NCBI GenBank assembly: GCA_902781245.1
Contig: CACZIP010000001.1
Coordinates: 1-27,990, forward strand
Direction of reading: 5' to 3'
Length of the DNA stretch: 27,990 bases
DNA from: an uncultured Coriobacteriaceae bacterium
GTDB lineage: Bacteria > Actinomycetota > Coriobacteriia > Coriobacteriales > Eggerthellaceae
The position numbers and the translations under genes were made by a program. The stretch's first letter is position 1; the number at the start of each line of letters is the position of its first letter. Positions 8,018-15,543 of this stretch are shown here, one piece after another. The notes below the pieces were generated by a model. The model was given only the letters and a program-made list of their open reading frames with translations. It was not told where the DNA came from and searched no databases.

Positions 8018-9331
8018 TTACTCGGAGATTTCAATATCTACATCGTGCAAGCGAATGGCACCCCAGTAGTTGTGGTGCCAATCAAGATAATTCTTTTCGT
8101 CGAGCTCTACCACCACATCGAACACCACTCCCGGGTACACGCCGTCGAGAATATCTTCATTGCCTTCTTCATCGTGGAAAAACGCTACAAGATCGGCGCT
8201 ATACTGCCCTGTCGTCAAATGCGACAAATCCATGCGCATATGGATTTTGTTGACCCCTTCGTGTAGATCGACGAACCCTCTCGAGAGCATTGTGCCGATC
8301 TTTGTGCCATCTTGCGACCAGAGCTCGAAGCGGAAGCCCACCTGCGCAAGCGGACGCAAAGCCGTGCACGACAACTCCAACTCCACCGTTTCATCAGCGG
8401 CGAACGTAGGAGCGTCTTTACCGAGGATATCAAGCGTGTCGATGTTAAGCCGTCGGTTGAGCCGCAAGTATTCGTCATAGGGACGATAGCCATCATCATA
8501 TTCATAGTGCGTTTGCAACAACGTGTTGCCACCACCCAGATAAAGAGCAACGGCCGCATCAACATCGCCATCAAAGACGATCTTCCCCGCATCCATGACA
8601 ATGCAGCGGTCACACAAACGTTTGATGGTGCTCATATTGTGACTCACATACAAAACGGTCCTATGTTCCTGTTTTGCAGCTTGCCGCATTCGGTCGAGAC
8701 ACTTGTGCTGGAATTCCATATCGCCAACTGCCAGCACCTCGTCCATAATCATGATTTCGCTGTCCAGGTGCGCAGCAACTGAGAAGCCTAGCTTCACGTA
8801 CATGCCGCTTGAGTAGCGCTTTACGGGCGTGTCGATGAAGTCGCGAACTTCCGAGAACTCGATGATGTCTTCCATCTTCTCGTCGATTTCACGGCGCGAC
8901 ATACCCAAGATAGCACCGTTGAGATAGATGTTTTCACGACCTGTCATTTCGCCATTGAAGCCCGTGCCAACTTCAAGCATAGATGCGACTCGGCCATACA
9001 GGTCGATTTCGCCTTCCGTGGGGGCTGTGATGCGACTTAGGATCTTGAGCAGTGTCGACTTTCCAGCACCGTTCTTCCCGATGATGCCGAGCGCCTCGCC
9101 CTTGTACACCGTGAGATCGAGGCCATCGAGCGCATAGAAGTCATCATCCCTCTTCGGTGCAGCACCATCGACTTCGCCAGACCGTTCTATCTGCCTCCGC
9201 TCGCGCCATTCTTTTATGTCGCCTTGGAGCGTACCGCTGCCAATCTGACCAAGACGATAACGCTTACGCAAGCCCGAAATCGCAATGATCGGTTCACGTT
9301 CGGTGTTCTGTCTGCTTGTCTGATGCGCCAT
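8018..9331 (-). CDS. wzt: Polysaccharide ABC transporter ATP-binding protein Wzt with C-terminal Wzt_C-like domain, 437 aa
   Basis: ATG at 9331, 2 nt after the wzm stop. IAISGLRKRYRLGQIG, Walker A GKNGAGKST, YSSGM, IMIMDEVLAVGD, VSHNM; beta-rich C-terminal extension. Confidence 0.92.
   Translation of the reverse strand: MAHQTSRQNTEREPIIAISGLRKRYRLGQIGSGTLQGDIKEWRERRQIERSGEVDGAAPKRDDDFYALDGLDLTVYKGEALGIIGKNGAGKSTLLKILSRITAPTEGEIDLYGRVASMLEVGTGFNGEMTGRENIYLNGAILGMSRREIDEKMEDIIEFSEVRDFIDTPVKRYSSGMYVKLGFSVAAHLDSEIMIMDEVLAVGDMEFQHKCLDRMRQAAKQEHRTVLYVSHNMSTIKRLCDRCIVMDAGKIVFDGDVDAAVALYLGGGNTLLQTHYEYDDGYRPYDEYLRLNRRLNIDTLDILGKDAPTFAADETVELELSCTALRPLAQVGFRFELWSQDGTKIGTMLSRGFVDLHEGVNKIHMRMDLSHLTTGQYSADLVAFFHDEEGNEDILDGVYPGVVFDVVVELDEKNYLDWHHNYWGAIRLHDVDIEISE
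8859..8890 (-). repeat. 32-bp perfect inverted repeat, arm 2 (inside - wzt)
   Basis: TCGATGATGTCTTCCATCTTCTCGTCGATTTC is the reverse complement of 7137-7168. Confidence 0.85.
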
Positions 9332-9333
9332 AT

Positions 9334-10173
9334 CTACACCGTATCCACGAACGTTCGCTCCACGCGATTGAACATAAGGATGCCGCATACCGCACACACC
9401 AGCGCAACCACGATGCTAATTCCCGTTGTAATGGGATCGATGGTCCCCGAGCCCAGCAGGGCGAATCGAAGCCATTCTACTGGCGCCGTTACCGGATTCA
9501 GCATCACGACGGTTCGCAGTATCCCTTCGGGAATCTGCGAAAGCGGGTACACGATGGGAGTGCCGAACATCCAAAGCTGCATTCCGAACGACACGAGAAT
9601 TTGCAGGTCGCGATATTTTGTCGTCAAGCTGGACAAGATGATGCCCACACCCATACCTAGAACACAAAGATGCACAAGAGCGAGTGGAATGATCAGCCAC
9701 ATCAACCAGTTCGGGCTTACCGTGCCTTGCACGACGAAGAACGCCACCAATGCAAGCACGAGAATCATCTGTATGCCGAACCGGATGAGCCCTACGAGTA
9801 GATTTGAAACAGGTACAGTGAGCCGCGGGAAATATACCTTGCCGAACACGTTTGCATTCGCAATGAACGTTGCCGCATTGTCGGTGACCGCTGATGCAAA
9901 CAAGCCCCATATAGCCGTGCTCGCTAGATAGAACAGGATTTGGGGTACTCCATTGGTACTGATGCCGGCTATGACGCCAAACACAAGCATATAGGCGATG
10001 CTCGACAGAAGCGGACTGATGATTATCCACGCAGGCCCCAGCACCGTCTGCTTGTACGTGAGCGTGAACGTCTTTTTCGTGAGCAGCACGATGAGGTCGC
10101 GATATTGCCAAACTTCACCAAGGTTGAGCCCTACGCACTCCGTTTCGGAAGATATGTGGACATGATAGGTCAT
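9334..10173 (-). CDS. wzm: Polysaccharide ABC transporter permease Wzm, 279 aa
   Basis: WQYRDLIVLL...TYKQTVLGPAWIIISPL, ANVFGKVYFPRLTVP, LTTKYRDL, WMFGTPIVYP, LNPVTAPVE; about six hydrophobic segments. ATG 10173 overlaps the upstream TGA (ATGA). Confidence 0.93.
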   Translation of the reverse strand: MTYHVHISSETECVGLNLGEVWQYRDLIVLLTKKTFTLTYKQTVLGPAWIIISPLLSSIAYMLVFGVIAGISTNGVPQILFYLASTAIWGLFASAVTDNAATFIANANVFGKVYFPRLTVPVSNLLVGLIRFGIQMILVLALVAFFVVQGTVSPNWLMWLIIPLALVHLCVLGMGVGIILSSLTTKYRDLQILVSFGMQLWMFGTPIVYPLSQIPEGILRTVVMLNPVTAPVEWLRFALLGSGTIDPITTGISIVVALVCAVCGILMFNRVERTFVDTV

Positions 10174-12848
10174 AGCAAATAGATTAACCCCCTCTTGGAG
10201 CTTGTTTCGTGAGGCTCTCGCCAAGAGTCACCATAGTATAAATCGAGCCACTTCTCTGCATTTCCCGGAACGGGGATGGTGGTACCTTCAAATGATACGC
10301 GGACCGCGTGGGCAATATCGGCTTCAGCGAACCGCACGTGATTGGGCCTGCGGCGATAGTTCCCGGTGAAGCAGGTGAGCAAGCCCGTGGGCTTCACCGC
10401 TGTGCAGGATGCGCGCAACCCGCGGCAAAGCGCAGAACGACTCACCAGGTCGGCGAGCAGGAAGTATGCACTTACTTTGTGGGGATCGGCATCCCAGATT
10501 TGCTCGAGATTGTCATAGGTCTTCGCATAGAGCAGCCTTTGCCATGTGCGCACGATGCGTTGCCGCTTCTCGACCTCCGCATCGTCGAGAGGACAATTGT
10601 CGAGGGGAAGAATATCTATCCACACCCCCTCCTCTTCTGAATGCTTATCGTTCTCCGACCTCTCTACAATCGCAGATAGATTGCGTAATTTAGCATAACC
10701 GCCGGTGAAGCTCGCAGCATCATTTTCGGGGGTCTGAAGAACAAACGGTTCGGGAAATACACCACATGCAGCCAGTTCAGTCAAACGATCGTAATCTGCG
10801 CGGGGCATAGCCACATCGATATCATCGTCTCCTGAAACGAAGCCGCCCTCGCGCACGGCTCCAAGCAACGTGCCGTGCGTCGCAACGTACTTCAGATCGA
10901 ATTCTTCGCACACGGCATCGAAAACATCGAGCAACTCGAGCATCGCATACGTAATGTCGCGCTTCGCAATCTGATTGCCGTCCATGCAAACGTCGCCTTC
11001 AACTGCATCATCACTTGCAGCTGCGTCGCCAACTGGATTGTTGAGCGGTATCAGTTCGTCAATCCGCTTCGTAAGCACACGCCCGCTCAAGTCATCGACG
11101 AGTGTCATGCTGTCTGTGTCGCACAGGTCGAGATACGGCATTATGGCATTCAGGAAGGCTGGAGATATCACGTCGCCTTTTTCGTACCAATGCCTGAAAT
11201 ACTCGCGCGCGAAAAGCTTGACACCTTTATGCACATCTTGAAGAATCCGCAGCTCTCCAGAAGTGCGGTATTCAGTGCTGAAAACTGGCGTTCCGTCATC
11301 GTCGAAGCCTTTCAACGATGGTTCGGTTGAGCTCAGGTAAGGTTCGAGGACGAGATAGCGCGAGAAAAAGCTCACATGTTCGCTGTCGAAATAGAGCGAA
11401 CATGTGAGCTTGCGAGAGATGTTGTTCCCTATGCGCGATCCAAAATAGAACCCTTTGAGACAGAAGGGAGCGAACCGCTCGAGTTGACGCTGGCACGTTC
11501 CCGCACCAACGAACTCGACAAACGCATATGTTTTTCCCAAGCCGAGACCGCACGAAGCGAAATAACTCAGGGAATTGTCACGCTCGACCGTCGAGACAAT
11601 TGCAGCACGACTAGCATTGCGCGACGTATAGAAATACCTCGACAAAGGATATGGCCCCCCCGCGCATTGGCTCCGGAAGATATCGTACACGCCTTTCACA
11701 AGAAACCCGTCTCGCGAGACGAACAACGCTTCCTCGAATACTTCCGGAGATTTCGCAAAACAATCCGCCAACCACGTCACAAACCCGACAACCAGAGGCG
11801 CAACTATTGCAACAACCTTGGCAGACCGTTTGTCAATAGCGTCGGAAATATCGGGCAAAACCGCACGCGCGCACGACAAGAGGCGATCATCAGGCGCTCG
11901 CCCCTCTTCAACTACCTCGTCTTCATACCAAATTCCCCTCGGAACAATCTCTTCTCTCAAGCCTTCGAGTCGAATGCCGTTTGGCACTTCCAACAAACTC
12001 GTCAATACAGATCGCTTGCCATAACAGAGGGGAATGTAACAGTCGCGAAGGATATCCATGCCGATGTGAACCGTTGCACCTGAAGGCAGATGCCTGTACA
12101 TGAGTCGATAGAGGCCGTTTTCGGCAAATGAATCCGTTTCTGCCGCCAAGAACAACGGTCCCGTATTCGCCAGGCCAGCTTGTTCGAGTAGAGATAGAGC
12201 GGTCTTCTTGTCCACTGCGGGATCGACGCAATAGTATGCAACCTTCTTGCCTTTTGCGAGTTCGTAGGCAAGAATCGAACTGAGGCACTCGGAAATATCC
12301 ACCTGATTTCGAATGCACTTTGCAATTTCCATTGTCGCCGCCGCGCCGATAAGCAACCCTATGCTAACGCAAAGGGAGTTGCTCGACTCGATTTCTTCCA
12401 GCTTGCTTTCCAACGATTGCGCGATTGCTCGCTGAGTCAACGCCTCTATGGCCTCGCAATCGTTGCCATACATGTCTAGTAAGCGCACTCCAGCATCGAA
12501 GCATCTTTCACGAATGCGGCTGATGACAGCAAGAGCAGAAGTAAACTTAGCAGCGACGATAAGCGCATCAATTCCCTGAGAAAGAACGGCTTCGAGACTC
12601 GATACCACGAACTCGTCCACCGTCTCGCCAATTGCATTGTCGTCGGCAATCGCCACAACATCGAAGCACCGACCTTCGGCGTCGAGAATGTAATGCGCAT
12701 TTGCGCCTGACCCATACAATGCAACTCGTCTACCTTGAAGGTTCTTGCTCGCAGACAAAAGCGCTGCGAGACGATAGTCCGTTTCGCACTCAAAGTCTGC
12801 TGGTTTGCGAATTGAAACCCCAGCGTCTTTACATAGAAGCCTGTTCAC
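10170..12848 (-). CDS. 892-aa multidomain protein: Rossmann-like module + degenerate HAD + putative phosphoribosyltransferase-like (SRDG) domain + C-terminal LicD-family phosphotransferase
   Basis: RVALYGSGANA; degenerate HAD VHIGMDILRD; FVSRDG, YFYTSR, AFVEFVGAGTCQ, GFYFG; LicD motifs LLDVFDAVCEEFDLKY, HGTLLGAVREGGF, GDDDIDVAMPRADYDRL, WIDILPLD, LDLYYGDSW. GTG start is uncertain. Confidence 0.8.
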   Translation of the reverse strand: MNRLLCKDAGVSIRKPADFECETDYRLAALLSASKNLQGRRVALYGSGANAHYILDAEGRCFDVVAIADDNAIGETVDEFVVSSLEAVLSQGIDALIVAAKFTSALAVISRIRERCFDAGVRLLDMYGNDCEAIEALTQRAIAQSLESKLEEIESSNSLCVSIGLLIGAAATMEIAKCIRNQVDISECLSSILAYELAKGKKVAYYCVDPAVDKKTALSLLEQAGLANTGPLFLAAETDSFAENGLYRLMYRHLPSGATVHIGMDILRDCYIPLCYGKRSVLTSLLEVPNGIRLEGLREEIVPRGIWYEDEVVEEGRAPDDRLLSCARAVLPDISDAIDKRSAKVVAIVAPLVVGFVTWLADCFAKSPEVFEEALFVSRDGFLVKGVYDIFRSQCAGGPYPLSRYFYTSRNASRAAIVSTVERDNSLSYFASCGLGLGKTYAFVEFVGAGTCQRQLERFAPFCLKGFYFGSRIGNNISRKLTCSLYFDSEHVSFFSRYLVLEPYLSSTEPSLKGFDDDGTPVFSTEYRTSGELRILQDVHKGVKLFAREYFRHWYEKGDVISPAFLNAIMPYLDLCDTDSMTLVDDLSGRVLTKRIDELIPLNNPVGDAAASDDAVEGDVCMDGNQIAKRDITYAMLELLDVFDAVCEEFDLKYVATHGTLLGAVREGGFVSGDDDIDVAMPRADYDRLTELAACGVFPEPFVLQTPENDAASFTGGYAKLRNLSAIVERSENDKHSEEEGVWIDILPLDNCPLDDAEVEKRQRIVRTWQRLLYAKTYDNLEQIWDADPHKVSAYFLLADLVSRSALCRGLRASCTAVKPTGLLTCFTGNYRRRPNHVRFAEADIAHAVRVSFEGTTIPVPGNAEKWLDLYYGDSWREPHETSSKRGLIYLL

Positions 12849-12852
12849 CGCA

Positions 12853-13797
12853 TCAACGCCTTAAAAACTCTGCGGTTTTCATGATGCCCTCATCGACTGA
12901 AACGTGCGGCTGCCAGCCGAGCATCTCCTTCGCTAACGAGATATCCGGTTTACGCCGTGCAGGATCGTCAGAAGGCAGGTCGCAGAACACCACCTTTGAG
13001 GATGAGCCCGTGAGGGCAATCACCTTTTCGGCGAGCTCGAGCATGGTGAGCTCCTCGGGATTCCCCAGGTTAACCGGACCTGTGAACCCTTCGCATTCCA
13101 TCATGGACACGAGCGCATCGAGCATATCCTCCACGAAGCAGAAGCTTCGTGTCTGGGTGCCGTCGCCATATATCGTGACGTTTTCCCCCGCAAGGGCTTG
13201 AGAAATGAAATTCGTCATCACGCGTCCATCGTCAACACGCATGCCGGGGCCATATGTGTTGAACACTCGGACAACGCGGATTTCCACGCCATACATACGG
13301 TGGTAGTCGAAGAACAAGGTTTCCGCAGCACGTTTCCCCTCGTCATAGCATGCACGCACGCCGATAGGATTCACATTTCCTCGATAGTTTTCCCGCTGCG
13401 GATGCTCCAGCGGATCTCCGTAGATTTCGCTGGTCGACGTCAGAAGCACTCGTGCATTGGTGCGGCGAGCAAGCTCGAGCACGTTGATGGCACCGAAAAC
13501 GCTCGTCTTCATCGTGGCGATAGGGTCGGCTTGATAAAAAGGGGGGCTGGCTGGACATGCGAGGTTGTAGATATGACCAACTTTTTCAATCGAGTTGAAG
13601 GCGCTTGCATCAGCCACGTCGGCTTTCAGGAACGAGAAGTTCGGATATGCAACAAGATCGGCTATGTTTTCTTCTCGGCCCGAAATCATATTATCGAGAC
13701 ATACAACCCGTTTGCCTTCTCCCACAAGGCGTCTACATAGGTTGGAACCGATAAAACCAGCGCCACCTGTCACAAGCGCCGTTTTGTCAAACCCCAC
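12853..13797 (-). CDS. uxs: UDP-glucuronic acid decarboxylase (UDP-xylose synthase), extended SDR family, 314 aa
   Basis: [92 protein letters not shown] 13797 follows AGGAGG. Confidence 0.92.
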   Translation of the reverse strand: MGFDKTALVTGGAGFIGSNLCRRLVGEGKRVVCLDNMISGREENIADLVAYPNFSFLKADVADASAFNSIEKVGHIYNLACPASPPFYQADPIATMKTSVFGAINVLELARRTNARVLLTSTSEIYGDPLEHPQRENYRGNVNPIGVRACYDEGKRAAETLFFDYHRMYGVEIRVVRVFNTYGPGMRVDDGRVMTNFISQALAGENVTIYGDGTQTRSFCFVEDMLDALVSMMECEGFTGPVNLGNPEELTMLELAEKVIALTGSSSKVVFCDLPSDDPARRKPDISLAKEMLGWQPHVSVDEGIMKTAEFLRR

Positions 13798-13849
13798 GAT
13801 TACTTTCCTCCTGTTTTTAAGCCAAGCCCAACGGCGCATGCCCAGACCA

Positions 13850-15334
13850 CTAACGTCTGATCCTTTTCTTTATTTTCCTGACTGCCCTAATGGCCTGCTT
13901 TCCCGCTTTGTAAAGCCGGGGATGTGATAAATGCACTCCAACTCTGAACTTGTTCAAAAGATAAACACAGCGAGGAACAGTATACGTTTGCATTTCCGCG
14001 CCGAGGTAGCGCGCAACATTGGCCTTCATCTCCTCGGCATATTTTGCAGCGGTAATTATTACAACATCAAGGTTGAGGGAAGCCGCGTCTGCAATACCAA
14101 TGACTGGTTTTCCACAAAACGTTTTACCTGGAGCTGCATCTGTTTCTAAAAAAAAGCAAGATCTCCCCTTCGTGTCGAACACCTTGAGAAAGCCCTTGCA
14201 TGCCATGCCTGTTCCGTAGAATCCAATACGAGATGCCGACTCGATTATCGGCACATTACAATGTATCAGTGATTTCACCAGGTCCTTCGTAAGAACGACA
14301 GGCGAATTCGGCCACACAGCGACACCATCCGCGAGGTTTATCACCGCAGAAAGGTGCATGGACCTGACGGCATCGGGAAGATCATCTCGAGCGCATTCCT
14401 CGCATAGGAACCGGACGAAGCATGACGTCAGCTCGCGAAGGTACTCTGTTGGCTCAAGCCCCGAAAACTCCCTAAAACGGCAATCTTTCACACCGCTCAC
14501 GTTTTGTATCATCATCAGGTGTGCCCGATCGTGTTCTGCACGCGCCAAACTGCATAAGATGGCATGCACATCGAAACTGCTATCTGCTAAAACGTGCGTG
14601 AATCCCGATCGGACGTTCGACCCTGAGCGCGAGCGATAGCGATGAAGCCTGAGCGGCACGAATTTCATCCGCTTAGCTGCCATGAAGATTCGCACAATCC
14701 AGTCGTTGTCTTCGAAGTAGATGCCCTCGACAAAAGTCAAATTGTTCTCAATAAGAAACGAGCGGTCGAAGTATTCGAGCCAGCAGAGGAAACCTATCAT
14801 TCCTTCGGGGAAATAGCGGTTCCAAAACGAGACCCCATCAATGACATCTTCATCGATTATCCCGCGACGATCACGAAAATCGCGAAACAGTTCGGGGCGC
14901 ACGACGTTGGGGTCGTCGACGAATCCGGCGGTTTCGAACGTTACAAAATCCAAGTCAAATTCCTTGCAAACTCGGTAACACGTTTCAAAGTGCTCGGGAA
15001 CAATCCAGTCGTCAGAATCCATGAAGTAGACGTACTCGCCGCGAGCTTCCAGGAGGCCACGGTTACGAGCTGCCCCTTGCCTAAGATTGGGTTGCTGGAT
15101 TACACGAACTCTCGGATCGCGGTCTTCATAGGAGCGCTCTATCTCAAGGCTACCATCGGTCGAGCCGTCATCGACGAGAATGACTTCAATTTCTTGCTGG
15201 GTCTGTGCGAGCACGCTGTCGAGACAGGCCGGCAAGTATTCCTGCGTGTTGTATACGGGAATGATGACCGAGGTTTTCGGAACGGGAGCGCTTGCTGTGA
15301 ACGAGGCATTCGCGATGGCTGCTGATTTGAGCAT
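13850..15334 (-). CDS. GT2 family glycosyltransferase with C-terminal Rossmann-like module, 494 aa
   Basis: [66 protein letters not shown]; C-terminal [11 protein letters not shown]...GKPVIG...LDVVII. RBS GGAGG. Confidence 0.92.
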   Translation of the reverse strand: MLKSAAIANASFTASAPVPKTSVIIPVYNTQEYLPACLDSVLAQTQQEIEVILVDDGSTDGSLEIERSYEDRDPRVRVIQQPNLRQGAARNRGLLEARGEYVYFMDSDDWIVPEHFETCYRVCKEFDLDFVTFETAGFVDDPNVVRPELFRDFRDRRGIIDEDVIDGVSFWNRYFPEGMIGFLCWLEYFDRSFLIENNLTFVEGIYFEDNDWIVRIFMAAKRMKFVPLRLHRYRSRSGSNVRSGFTHVLADSSFDVHAILCSLARAEHDRAHLMMIQNVSGVKDCRFREFSGLEPTEYLRELTSCFVRFLCEECARDDLPDAVRSMHLSAVINLADGVAVWPNSPVVLTKDLVKSLIHCNVPIIESASRIGFYGTGMACKGFLKVFDTKGRSCFFLETDAAPGKTFCGKPVIGIADAASLNLDVVIITAAKYAEEMKANVARYLGAEMQTYTVPRCVYLLNKFRVGVHLSHPRLYKAGKQAIRAVRKIKKRIRR

Positions 15335-15543
15335 ATGGTTATACCTCCAGCTTAATCGCTAAAAACGCCGATGGCATTGAAGTATCCCCGAATATCCCGT
15401 CCGTGATTCGAGCTACCATGTGTAACTCCTTGCAGCACGCCCTTCAAACTCGTTTGCCTTTACCAGAAGGCATGTGTAATCATACAACGTAAATCAGGGC
15501 ACATGTGCTCAAGCATAGCAACCACTGAAAGAGATGTTTCACC

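Noticed and set aside
11708-11721. 14-bp perfect palindrome CGTCTCGCGAGACG
   Set aside because: It lies inside a conserved coding motif (VSRD), and one or two such palindromes are expected by chance in 28 kb.
14148-14155. A8 homopolymer in the GT2 gene as a phase-variation tract
   Set aside because: It is short, in frame and would affect only the C-terminal accessory module; no longer tracts or SSRs were seen in the window.
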